Below, in pieces: positions 50,070-62,002 of a stretch of DNA of 64,000 nt. A model generated the notes under the pieces. The model was not told the DNA's origin. It saw only the letters and a list, made by a program, of their open reading frames with translations, and made no database searches. The stretch's first letter is position 1. Each line of letters opens with the position of its first letter. Where the stretch lies: the NCBI RefSeq assembly GCF_011745625.1, contig NW_027191499.1, positions 1 to 64,000 on the forward strand, read 5' to 3'. A program made the position numbers and the translations under genes. The stretch comes from Cladosporium halotolerans (taxonomy: Eukaryota).

Positions 50070-51999
50070 ATGCACATAGTCTCAACCCTCCTAGCCTCTC
50101 TGGTCGTCTCCGGTGCTCTAGCGACGCCGCACAGAGGTCGAGGACCGCGAGGCCATGATCTCATTGCCAGAACCAAAGCTGGGACTTTCACTGGCTTTGT
50201 TGATCCAGAAGTACCTGACGTGAGGCAGTGGCTTGGAGTCCCGTACGGAGCGCCACCGGTCGGCAACCAGCGCTTCCTTCCGCCGAAACCCGCAACTCAC
50301 GCCGGTAATATCGAAACTACCGAGTACAAACCCATCTGCATGCAGAATGGTGGTCCAGGTGCTGGTGTCTTCTGGGAGCTAGTTCCGGAATTTCAGAACA
50401 CGGATCCCCAGAGCGAAGACTGCCTGTATCTAAACATCTGGGGCCCTCGGAACACCATTGGCAGACGTCCGAGGCACCAAAAGAAGGTCCCCGTTATCAT
50501 TTGGAGTGAGTGACAAGGTCGGTTCCTGTTAGACTTGACGCTGATTATGTCTAGTCTGTGGTGGTGGCTTCCAAGAGGGCGGAGGTCATGCTCCGTACCA
50601 GGTCCCAGATCATTGGGTGCAGAGGACACAGTCGCATATTGTTGTCACATTCAAGTAGGTGATCATGGCATTGCTCGGTCGAATGGACACTGACTTTTCT
50701 GAAAGCTATCGCTTGAGCGTTTGGGGCTATCCTGGTGCTCGTGCTGCTCCTGTCAATGCAGGCCTGGAGGATATCAGACTTGTGTAAGCGGTCTACGAGT
50801 CTCTATCAGTACCCATGCTTACCGATGTACAGCGTGGAATGGCTGCGTGACAATGTTGAAGCATTCGGGTAGGTCGTTATTCAGATCTGGCCGAGTCGCG
50901 CCTCACAACTAATTCCACAACAGCGGCGATCCAGAGCACATGATCCTCTGGGGCCAATCTGCTGGAGGGAACGCGGCCAATTCATACGGCTATGCGAACC
51001 CAGAAGATCCAATAGTGACCGGCATCGTTGCTCAATCTGGCACCGCTGCTCAGCTCAATGGCCTCAACACGACGGCCTTCTCTGTACTGGCAGAGCAGCT
51101 CGGCTGTGGCGATTTGAGCGCTGAAGATGAGCTGTCCTGCATGCAAGATGCGGACAACAACGAGTTGCACGACATCATTAGGAACGGCGAGGGTGTTCCG
51201 AGGTTCAGTCCTGCTGCGGACAATGTCACGGTTTTTACGAACAATACTGCTCGCTATGAGACCGATCAAGTCGCCAAAGTGGTGCGTGTTTCCCATTCAG
51301 GACACTGTAAAATTGTATGGCAAGTGCTGACCTCGACAGCCGCTGATTGTTGGCAACACCGTCAATGAAGGCGCTGCGTTTGCTTCCTTCGAGTTGAACC
51401 AAACGGTAGCGCCCACGGAAAATGAAACATTGCCCGCTACACAACGTTTTGGTTGCGGCACCGAGACAGAAGCCGAGTGAGTTAAGAACAGGCACTGCCA
51501 CATGTTCTGAGTACTGACCAACCACGAAGTCTCCGAGTGCAACATGGCCTCCCGACGTACCGATATCTCGGCGCTGGAAACTTTTCCAACATCACTCCAC
51601 GATACTGGCTAGGAGCCATGCATAGCTGTTCGTTCATCAGGTCCACTTTTCGCGAGATGAGGTTGCTGACGCTGTCATTGCCAGCTGATATCCCGCTTGT
51701 GTTCGGCACCCACTGGGAATTCCGGGGCAACTCAACAGAGCTTGAATGGCAGACAAGCTTTTCCATGGAAGGTGATTCTTCCTTTCATCAAACTATGATA
51801 ATTCTGCTCGAACTAACGTGGGCTAGGGTTCTGGGTCTCATTTGCGGCAGACTCATTGAAGGCGCCGATGGATGGGCTGGGTCTCACGTGGCCAGAGTAC
51901 AGCTCCGATGAAAACATGGTGCTGTTCGGAAACGAGACGGGTCCCGCGCTGGTCGTTCCGGGAGACTACTATGATCCTGTCTTCCAGTGTGACGAGTGA
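50070..51999 (+). CDS. Secreted type-B carboxylesterase, many introns
   Basis: Signal peptide, LGVPYGAPP.G..RF, SEDCLYLNIW, GGGF, nucleophile GQSAG and GAMH. Confidence 0.9.
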
Positions 52000-52548
52000 G
52001 AAGTGTTATCAGACGGTACAGTAGACTTGAGAAGCGCGCAATATGAGATCGAGGTGCAGGATGAAGGATCATCTCACAGGATGATAGTGACCATATTAAC
52101 GATGCCACCATCCCTTGACTGCAGTCTCGCCCGACACACTAGCAAGTAACCTCGTGCTACTACCATGAACTACAGGCTTAGTAGTGCCGTGAAGTGCAGT
52201 GAGAGGAGCTTTCTGCGAGACACAAATTTGGTCTGGCCATATGTCTCAAGCGAGCAAGTGAGTTTAAGCTTCAATAAGCTGCGAGCTTACCCGAGCTTAC
52301 CAATTGCTGACTTGCACGCGACCACCAATGGGTTTCGTTATCAGCAGAACCTCCCTTCGGATAGCCCTCATCATGCACTCGGTTGAATGTATCTTGGCCA
52401 CAGCGAATCAAGCGGGGCGATGTAATCCTGCAGTCCGCCACCTTATATGCCCACTGATCCCCCCGTTGCATCAGACTCATAGCTTACTCTGCGCGGAGCA
52501 CTGTGTAAAGACAGGCCACATTGTTATCTGGATACAGGAGGATACAAT

Positions 52549-54617
52549 ATGGAAAACACGCCGGTCATTGACCCTGAGAAAGCTGCTGGCTTCACTATTT
52601 CGAGCGCTGGAGATGCTAATAGTACAGCTCCCACGCACCACCACAGCCACCGCTTGCAAGCCCGGGAACGCATCCGTCACTTCTTACATCCCAACGGGAC
52701 CAGGTTTCACATCGCCGACTCTCCGGTCGAAGCAGAGCAGCTTCGACGCCGCCTATCTACAGCCCTCCCTGGGGACGAACCATTCTCTGTATGCATCTCC
52801 GGCTCGCCAGAACATATTGTCGCGGTACAAGAATCTCAATCCCACCATGAAGCTCGCCGCGTAGAGCTAAGCGGCCAGCACGGGGAGGTCTGGCAGCAGT
52901 TTGCTAGCGTGCAAAGCGAGCTTGATGCTTTGAGTCGAGAACTCGGCCGCGTGACAGAGAGAGGCGTTGCGCTGGACGGTCACTTTGATAAGTTTGGGTA
53001 CTCAGCCAGGATCAGAAGCTATGACGGTGAAGGGTCGAATCGCTCTAGTGCCAGCTCGCTGAAAGAGGGAGAAGAGATGGAAGCGCCGCCTCTAAAGCTC
53101 TTCAAAGTGCCGGTGGTCAGACAGTATTTTCATAAGGGTATCCTTTGGAGAGCCAGCACGAGCGAGGAAGTTGGTAGTTTTGAGCTGTTTGTGGATCTAC
53201 TATACGTGGGCATTATCGCAATCAACGGCGATGCAGCAGCGGAGCATGCAACGGGGTCTTCACTGTTGAAGTTCATCAGTAAGTCAACTCATTATCTTCT
53301 CTGCACGCGTTCCGGCCAGCTGATCGCGATGCTCAAGTCACTTTCACGCTCTCCTGGAAAATCTGGAATGACATGGCAATGATCATCGCCTGGTTCGAAA
53401 CAGATGACATCTTCCAACGTATCTCCATCCTCATCCTCCTCGCCTGCCTCTTCGGCTACACGACCAACATCGTTGAAGCCTTCTCCCACACCTACGCCAC
53501 CCTCATCGGCTTTTACCTCGCCGCCCGCCTGTACATGACCGCCTACCTCGTCCTCGTCGCCTGCCTCGTCCCAATGGTCCGCTCCGTAATGCTCTACTAC
53601 GCCCTGATCTCCCTTTGCACCGCCGCCCTCTGGATAGGCAGCATCCAAGTCTCCTACCCCTCCCGCCTCGCCCTCATCTTTCCCGCTCTCTTTCTCGAAA
53701 TCGCCGGCCAAACCTCCTACATCGCCCTCATCACCCTCGCCCAGCACATCGCGCCGCTGAGAGCCGTCGCCACCCGCTTCTTCGACTTCCACCCCGCCCT
53801 CAACATCGAGCACCGCGTCGAGCGCACCAACGCTTTCGTCTCCCTCGTCTTCGGCTACACCGTCGTCGCCCTGCTGTACCAGTCTAGCGCTCCGACCATC
53901 ACGCCCCTCTTCGCCAAAGCCCTCCTCGCCCTCATCCAGCCCTTCGCTTTCAACTGGCTGTACTTCGAGCTCGACGCCTCCGGCCTGAGCAAGCACGCTA
54001 TCCGCCGCGCGAAGGCGTCCGCGATGCTCTGGACGCTCGCGCACTTGCCGTTCATCATGGCATTTGTACTGGGCGGCGGGGCGCTGGCTAAATTGGTTCG
54101 CGCGGCGGATTTTGAGGGCATGCGGGCGGAGGGGATGTTGGTGGAGAGGGAGGAGGATGTAGGGGCAGTGGAGGGGAGTGGAGAGGTTGAGCAGGGGGTT
54201 AGGTGGTTTTATTGCGTGGGACTTGGAATTGCGTTGCTTTGCATGGCGGCGATTTCGGCGGCGCATGTCCATAGGGATTTGAGGGGGATGAGGTTGGGGA
54301 AGAGGTCGAGGTTGGGCGTTAGGATTGCAGTGGCGGTTGTTATGCTTTGCTTGCCGTTAGCTGGGGACCGGTTGAATTCGTTGGAGTTGATTGCGACTGT
54401 GACTGGGCTGGTGGTGTTTACGTTGGCTGTGGAGGTCTGGGGTGCGAGTAGGAAGGGGACCGGGTGGGATGTTCGTGGGAGGCCTTGTGGCTATGTAGGG
54501 ACTTGTCGTGAAAGGGATCTGCGGTCAATATTGGAGAATGGTGGCGATGTTGACGTCGATGCGTTAGGGGAGGAGAGCAAGTATAGAAAGAGCGGGATAG
54601 TAAGTGCCCCTATATGA
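52549..54617 (+). CDS. LtrA (low temperature requirement A)-like membrane protein, 1 intron
   Basis: FELFVDLLYVG and EHRVERTNAFVSLVFG motifs; multiple hydrophobic segments; ORFs 52549 and 53373 are joined by an intron near 53279-53337. Confidence 0.82.
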
Positions 54618-54925
54618 GATGGTTGGAATGTGTGAAGAATGATTCAGTACAATTCGTGGTGCTTATCATCTAGACTAATAAGCATCGTTTCTATTCGCTC
54701 TGCATTACAATCTGATCCATGCACAGAATATGCTTTTCATGCCCGCCAATGAATGGTACAAAACGCCCAAGAAGACAAATGAAATAACAGGCAACATCCA
54801 AAGGCCTCGGATGGTGAGACAGATCTCCGCCATTGGCCTGGCGAGAACAGAATGCAACAGCCAATTTGGCCAGGTCATCACCGCAAGTCTTTCATCCCTC
54901 TCAGATGCATCCTTGAAGATGCTAC

Positions 54926-57900
54926 CTAAGCATCAACCTCATCGCTGGCAACACCAAATCCAGAGTCGTAGACTCTCTTCTTCTTGCCACCTCTGCTGGC
55001 ACCCTTCTTCTGCTGGCTAGCCGAAGAGTGCTGCACGGTCGTCTTCTTCGCAGACACCAGCTCAGTGACCTCGTCCATGCCCTCGAGCTCCTCAAGCAGG
55101 CCGTTGCCCTCGGTTTTGAGCGCATCACCTTCCGTAGCGGCAGTAGCGCGAGCGTGCTCGAGAGCCGCCTGCAGGTCCTCGATAACGCCAGCAGAGCGGC
55201 GGATGAAGGCCTGGAACTGCTGCTTGAGGCTGTCGCGCTGCATGCTGACTTCCTCGTACGTGGTGGTGCTGGTCTCAGCTTGCTCGCGCATCTGCTTGAT
55301 TTCCTCGTCGCGCGCTTCGAGGACTTCTTGCCAGCGGCGGTCGGCTTCCACGGCCTTCTCCTCGACGATGAGGATCTTGGACTGCTTGTCGCGGATGGTC
55401 TGCTTGAGGGCGTCGATCTCGTCTTCTTTCTCGGAGGACAGCTGGAGCATTGCCTCGGCTTCGGCGTTGACGCGCGACTCGAGGCCGATCTTCTCGGTTT
55501 CGAGGTCGGAGACTTGGCCTTGGAGGACGGCCACGTTGTGGTTAAGGGAGGCGATGGCCGAGTTGCGGTCCTCCATCTCGGAGTTGTGGAGGTCGGCGGT
55601 CTCGGTGGCCTCGCGCTGGAGGTTCTGGATGGTGACAATGTGGTTGTTGATCGTGACTTGCGTTGACTGGATGGAAGCCTCGAGCTCATCGCTGCGTTCC
55701 CGGTTCTCGGTTATCTGGACGCTGAGCTTGGACTCCACAGAGCGCAGGTCGTCCTGTAGACGGTTGATCTCGGCGTCCTTCTCGACAACCTCCTGTTCGA
55801 GCTCGGCAATGCGGGCATCACGCAGGGCCAGAAGAGCCGCCATCCTCTCCTCAGTCTCGTTGAGGCTGGTCTGCAGCTCCTCGATGGTGGCATCACGCTT
55901 ACGGACGACGTCTTCCGCATGCTCGCGCCTCTCAAGCTCCAGAGCAAAGTCCTCTTGGTACTGGGCATCACGGTCCGAAGCAGCTTTCTCAAGGTCGTTG
56001 ATCTTGTTGCTGTTCTGCTGCTGCACTTCGAAGAGTTTCTGGCGGAGACCGTTGGCCTCGGTACCACGCTCATGCAGCTTCTTGTTCAATTCTTCGATCT
56101 CAAGGTTGCGGTCGTCGAGGTCGGTCTCGGCGGCCTCACGCTGGCGGCGCTCAGACTCGCTGACGGCGCGGAGTTCTTCAAGCTCGGCGCTAAGAGTATC
56201 AAGCTCGTTCTCAAGGTTGGTGACGCGGGTCTCAAGATCGTTGACCTCGACATCCTTCTGGTTGGCATCGGTCTCGGCTTGCTCGCGGACGAGACGCTCG
56301 GCCTGGAAGTCCGCCTGGGCCTTCTGCAATTCAGTGTGGAGGGCATCGCGCTCGGTTTCAACGGCAAGAATGCGCGCTTCAAGGCCAGTAATGATGACCT
56401 GCCTTGCTTCGGTCTCTTTCTCGGCCTGGTCGCGTAGTGCAGACTGATTGTCGAGACGGTTCTCCAGATCCGAAACAGTGGCTTCACGCTCCGCGTTCAT
56501 TTTGCCGATCAGCGCACTGTGGTCGCTCTCCATCTTAGTGATGAGGTTCTGAAGCCTCGTCTCCTCGTCCCTGTATCCCTGCAGGGAGACAGTAAGCTTC
56601 TGAGTGCTTTGGTGAAGATTGTTGATTTCCGTGTCGTAGTTCTTGATCTGCAGGTTGGCGGCCTTCAGGGCAGTCTCGGTGGTCTCCTTCTCTTCCTCCA
56701 TGGTCTCAAGTTCGGCCTCGAGATCCTCGATTTCACGCTCTTTGCGATCAGAGCTCTCGTCGAGCTCGCGCCATTGCTGCTTCAGCTGTTGGACACGGAT
56801 CTCGGAAGCGGCAAGATGATCGATGAGTTTGTCAACTTGAATGCGGAGATCGGTCGAGAGGGAGATCTGCTCTTGTTTTTCCCTGTCGCTGATGCGAAGC
56901 TGGTCTGCGAACTCCTTGACGTTGGCAAGAAGGAGATCGAGAATCTCTTCGTTTGAGGCGTTCTCGGGAACTGTTCCAGGAAGGAGGAGGTCGAGGCGCT
57001 CGCGAACGGCTTCAAAAGAGTCGCGGATGCTTTGGACGATGCTCAATCCTGCGGCATCATCGCCTTCGGAAAAGCCCAGGGACTGCAGCTCGATCATGAG
57101 AATCTGGAGATTGGTCGTGGCCTCGTTGGCCTCCCTGCTGAGAGCGAGAATCGAGTCTTGGAAGCGGCGGCGCTCCTCTTCCCATTGACGATGGCCAGGA
57201 GTCGCCAACACCAGATCGCCACTGGATGCTCGAAGCCCACCGGGCAGTGTAGATCGCTTGCCATTTGCAGAAGGCGTTTCGGGCGCAGCCTCCTCGCGAC
57301 GCTGTGCGTAAGTTTTCTCCTCCTGGCTGTCGATGACCATCATGTTCTCGTCGAGGTCGTCCAAGTGGCCACGAGCTCTGTTGAGCAGGATCTGCTTGCG
57401 GAGGGCCTCGAGCTCAACTTCGACCGAGCGAAGCTTCGACTGCTCAGCCTTGGAGTCATGGTTGGCATCGATGCCGAATTGCCTCTGTGCCTCAAGCTCG
57501 AGGATGAGCTCATTGATCCTGGCTTCCTTCAATGCGGTCTCTTTCCTCAGATCCTCAATCTCTTTCTGCGGGTGGTGGAAGTCGTTGAGATCGCCTAGGT
57601 CATCCGGCGCCTCGGTCGTCTGGTTTCGGCTCATGCGGCGGCGGATGCGTTCGATGCGGTCGTCCAGTGCTGCTCGGAGTGATACGAAGTGGTTCTCCTG
57701 GACGGTGTGGATAGACTCCTGGTGCTCTTGCGAAAGGGTGGGAGGGAGGGAGGTCCGGTGGGTAATGGTCCTGTAGCCGCGCTTGGGGCTTGTGCTGATA
57801 GTGCCGCTTGGTGATTCAGTAGCACGACGCTTAATAGCCATCTTGGCGTGAGGCGTCTTGTGTGTGGCTGTCGATTTCTCGACAGTACCATCGGATCCGA

Positions 57901-58288
57901 AGTGCACATGGCGGGTTTGTGAGTGGACGACCTCGCTTGCGCCATCTTCGACCATGTTATCCGCCGCACCGGCAGTCGCAGCTTGGAGGTCATTGTCCAG
58001 AGACGGGTAGGCGACCGTCTGGGGTGTTTGCGTTACAGTCGTCTCTTCTTCTTCTTCTTCGACGATAGTCTCCGGCTCTTCTGAGGCAGCGGCCTTGCTC
58101 TTCCTGGTCTTGCGCTTCTTCGCAGCGCCGCCAGTCACTGATCCCTGGCTGCTGCCCGGTCGCTCAGACTGAACACTCGAGGCATCACTGGCTCTCCTCT
58201 TGCGGCCGGATGTGCGAGCAGGTTTTTGAGCTTCGGGCTGAGGCTGGCTGGAGCTCTCAGCTTTTTTGGTGGTCCGCTTGGGCGGCAT
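54926..58288 (-). CDS. Large coiled-coil protein with disordered basic N-terminus, probably nuclear
   Basis: 1120-aa intronless ORF with long E/K/L/Q heptad-like regions and basic NLS-like clusters at both ends. Confidence 0.85.
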   Translation of the reverse strand: MPPKRTTKKAESSSQPQPEAQKPARTSGRKRRASDASSVQSERPGSSQGSVTGGAAKKRKTRKSKAAASEEPETIVEEEEEETTVTQTPQTVAYPSLDNDLQAATAGAADNMVEDGASEVVHSQTRHVHFGSDGTVEKSTATHKTPHAKMAIKRRATESPSGTISTSPKRGYRTITHRTSLPPTLSQEHQESIHTVQENHFVSLRAALDDRIERIRRRMSRNQTTEAPDDLGDLNDFHHPQKEIEDLRKETALKEARINELILELEAQRQFGIDANHDSKAEQSKLRSVEVELEALRKQILLNRARGHLDDLDENMMVIDSQEEKTYAQRREEAAPETPSANGKRSTLPGGLRASSGDLVLATPGHRQWEEERRRFQDSILALSREANEATTNLQILMIELQSLGFSEGDDAAGLSIVQSIRDSFEAVRERLDLLLPGTVPENASNEEILDLLLANVKEFADQLRISDREKQEQISLSTDLRIQVDKLIDHLAASEIRVQQLKQQWRELDESSDRKEREIEDLEAELETMEEEKETTETALKAANLQIKNYDTEINNLHQSTQKLTVSLQGYRDEETRLQNLITKMESDHSALIGKMNAEREATVSDLENRLDNQSALRDQAEKETEARQVIITGLEARILAVETERDALHTELQKAQADFQAERLVREQAETDANQKDVEVNDLETRVTNLENELDTLSAELEELRAVSESERRQREAAETDLDDRNLEIEELNKKLHERGTEANGLRQKLFEVQQQNSNKINDLEKAASDRDAQYQEDFALELERREHAEDVVRKRDATIEELQTSLNETEERMAALLALRDARIAELEQEVVEKDAEINRLQDDLRSVESKLSVQITENRERSDELEASIQSTQVTINNHIVTIQNLQREATETADLHNSEMEDRNSAIASLNHNVAVLQGQVSDLETEKIGLESRVNAEAEAMLQLSSEKEDEIDALKQTIRDKQSKILIVEEKAVEADRRWQEVLEARDEEIKQMREQAETSTTTYEEVSMQRDSLKQQFQAFIRRSAGVIEDLQAALEHARATAATEGDALKTEGNGLLEELEGMDEVTELVSAKKTTVQHSSASQQKKGASRGGKKKRVYDSGFGVASDEVDA

Positions 58289-59130
58289 GTTGGATGTGTT
58301 TTTGCCGACCGTGGATGTTGGCTATGAACAAAGGCGAACAAGGTAGTTGTTGTCGTTGCTGAGGAGTATAAAATTATGTGGTGATGGTGACAAGTCGGTG
58401 AGGAAGCGTGGGTGGGCAGAGACACGACAATTGCAGGCGGTGGGTGCAGAAACGGCGCGTGGGCTAGCGAGAGCGTGTCTTTCAGCGTGTCTTTCTGCGC
58501 GTCGAGCTGCGCTGACGTTTTGTGGCTGGAGCCGACTGGATCTGACTTTCGGCGGCTGGGCTGGCAACGCGCGCCTGCCGTCACCGCGCGCCGGGAACTG
58601 CAGCGGACTCCACCTTCACAAACACCTGGAGATTACCTTATATTCACTAGGATGTTGTTCGCCTGCAACATTCACTGACATCGCCAGCTCGGGTCGTTAC
58701 AGCCTGACATAACCTCACCTACAATAGAATCTACACGCCTCGTCACGTGTAGGCTCACGATTACGACCCTTGCTTTTACAGACGCTCATATCAAACGCGT
58801 GATGTCACCTCACGCAGCTATCGCGAAAACACAACGTCATGTCGCACTTGGATACAGGAAAAGCAGGTCCACCACGACGATCACCGCCCGCTCGCCATCT
58901 AGACTGTCCGATCGTCGCGTTACACTGTCGCGGATAAAGTGGGTGATCATTGGTCGCACGCATTCACTATTCAACAAAGCACAGCGATATCCCTGTAATC
59001 TCGCATATTCAGGGCCAAAATCTCAGCCCAATTGCTGGGTCAACAGCCAGTGACTTCGTGTTCATCCCGTGTTTCTGATGCTCATTGTGGCTATGGCACA
59101 GTGACCGCCGACGATCTTAGCAATCACCCA

Positions 59131-62002
59131 TCAACCTTGCGGCGACAGGGAATCTGCTTGTACCAAGCGCATCCAAGCAAATGGGCCCTCAGGCTCTAAG
59201 GTGAGACTAGGCTCGACCTTTCTCCAGGTAAAGCTCAGTGTGGCGTTGATATCATAGACAGATTTTCTCACGTCTAGCGACAGTCAGCGGAGGTCACGAG
59301 ATTGGCGCGTCCCGAACGAGCGCAAACTCACCTGTAGGGATGACAGGAATATCCCTAATACGAAACATATATATAGCCCTTCGGTGAAGTAGTGGGAGAT
59401 GTTCGCTAGCTGTGCCAATCGCAGCAACAGTAGGGTCCTCTTCTGCACGGAGTGGTCTCATGTCGAAGGTGAGAATAGTCGCATTGCGTGAGACTAAGCT
59501 GTTCTCGTATCAGTAACCATGCACAGTCACGTTCGCAGTATATGCGTACATTTCTAGGTTCTCGGGCCTGGTTGTTGTGAGGTAGCAACAGCCTAGTTCA
59601 GGTGATTCTCCGGATCGCAAGTCACCTCCGGTGACGATGATCTTTGCTCGAAGGGCCTCAGGAGGCTTTTGCCCTGCCGATGAGGTTAGTTCACATGGAG
59701 TCAGGTGGAGAATGAGCAGCGTGTGCTGACATCTACTGAGAAATAACCGCATATGTGTGTTGTCTTCCTTCAGGGACAATTCCGATATAATGATTTTGAG
59801 AGGCTGTCTGAGATGCTCAGCCTTGCGGCGCTCGTTCTCCTCCCGAACGCCCTTCACGAAAGACCTCGCGATCTCTATGGCTTGCGAATGTAGCTTGTTG
59901 TGCCAAACTGGCGGGGCTTGCCAACTTCTTGAGCTTTCACTGGTCAATTCGCGGAATCCAGAGTACCATTGCCGGGATTCTTGGACCTGCGTGACGACCC
60001 ACTCCCAGCCGGCGTTCAAGTTGGCGGATTCTGCAATCAGCCATGACCAGCTGTTCATGTGCGCTCCTTCCCACCCGGCGAGGTCATCTTTGAGCGTCTG
60101 CGGCGATGGGCATCGTGGGTCTTCGCTCTCCATCCTTTCCAGTCTCCAAGTGAAGCCTCGGATGAGCTGGCCGATGCTCTCACAACGCACTCGCAAGTTT
60201 CGAAGACTAATGAGATTTTCTTTGATAGCCTCAGAGGGCTCGGCTGACTGGACAATGTTGAGCACCGCCAGCATCTCGTCTAGATCGCTCAACGCAGCCT
60301 CGTTGCCGTCTCTGTACAGTAAATCGAAGCGAATAGCAACACTCCTCACTCTGTCAAAGGTACTGTTGAAATCCAGGCGACGGTCTTGCGGAAGGGCCGC
60401 TAGCCAGCGGACGCTGGACGAGTTCAGAATGCAATTCCCTCGAGTGTAGACTTCCTGCGCGAGGAGAGTAAATGAGCCAAGTGGTAAAGGCTGGGGTGCA
60501 TTCACATTGGTGCTGCTTCCCTCTACTATATCGTAAAAGTCAACTTGCGAGCCATCGAGATACTGGAAGCCCCAAGGCAGGGGCACCGGGACGCAATCTG
60601 TCGTCGCTCCCACACGGCGGGATTGGCGCTCGCGGGCTGAAGCATCTGCCTGTTGGATCTCAAATGAGATTTGACGAATAATCCCTTCACGAAGCGTCAC
60701 GTACGCCGCCGGCAAAGCTCTATTCATGCTACCAAGAAACTCTTCTCTGTCGATCGTGGCATCGTTGTTCGTATCTCCTTCGTATATGAACTTGTCGCAA
60801 TGGTATGCAGATAGACTGGAGTTTGTCGCTCTCATTGCATCTTGGCAGGCGCTGATCACGTCAGGTCTACTCCGCCCACCTTGCTCGAGATAGTCGAGTT
60901 GACTGAATGCACGATTGAAGTAAAACAGGATCCGCTCTTGGGGCATGTCTCTCTTGATTGGGTCAACTTTGAACGGCTTTGAGATCATGCTCGCAACGAA
61001 GCTTGCATCTTCCTCGTTGCTCGGATGCCAGCGTGAGTCTTTGCTCGCATGCGACTTGATGCTTACTTCCCGTGACGGCGCCTCGGAATTGCCGAGCGAG
61101 CCCAGACCATACCAGTTGTCGCTTTCTTCCAGAGGGAGAGCTTCAGCGGATTTACTTGCCGCCTGTGAGGAGTCTGGAATGACCTCCTTGTCTCCGTCAG
61201 TTGTCCCGATCTGCAAGGGCGCTTCATCCAACTGCTCTGGCCGATCTTCTGGTTTTCTGGTTCGAAGGCTCAAGGCTGTGGGTTCGGTAACAATACTTGG
61301 TCGATCTCGAGGTTCCTCGGCATCTTCTTCGTCGATTGTGGCAAGTATCCACCTCCTGATGCCCTCACGATATAGATCAATGGCATCCGGGTGTACATCC
61401 TCACCCATCAAGTCTTCCTCGGCTTGGGCCATCATCTCTTCTTCATCAACACGTGTCCCCTCTATGATCGCAGCTGACAAGACTGACTTGGGCCGCGTAT
61501 CATCCCTGTATTCAGCCTCGATCTTAGACAGTTTCGCTTCCACTCTTCGAGACGACAAAAGTATCAGCGAGACATTGCAGGTCTGCAGATACGATCCACT
61601 AGATGCCAGTCGAGCCTCGAGGCGCTCAATGTCAGCTGTCGTAAACCGCATCCGGTCGATGAACCGTTTGCTCTTCGTCCCGAGACTGTCGCATTTCGCG
61701 AGCAGCTTTTCGACGTCTTGCAGCGTGTCCTCGCACATTCTTTTCGCGACGTCGAGCGAGCGCAGCTGCTCGGGCATGCCAGGAGCTTCATCGCGCATGC
61801 GGATTTCCGTGATCTCGAGACAGCCATGGAGAATCTCGACCTTTTGCGCCAGCGAGTCGAAGTTCGAGCCTGCCTGGGAGCACCTCTTGTACACCTGAAG
61901 ATTGTGTTAGCATCTAAGCTATGTGCCATACATCTCATCGCGTGCCTCTTTTGCAAGAGCGCCCACTGCAATTATGTCGCTGACTGATACTCCGAAACTC
62001 AT
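59131..62002 (-). CDS. Multidomain protein: fungal STAND-type N-terminal (HeLo-like) helical domain plus EF-hand-like motif; multi-exon
   Basis: MSFGVSVSDIIAVGALAKE|VYKRC (GC-AG intron 61895-61945); DTNNDATIDREEF; 3' exons read through to a stop at 59131-59133. Confidence 0.7.

Noticed and set aside
54984..56447. 487-aa plus-strand ORF and other long ORFs opposite real genes (e.g. 15323-16438, 53292-54272, 60945-61898)
   Set aside because: Antisense shadows with low-complexity translations.
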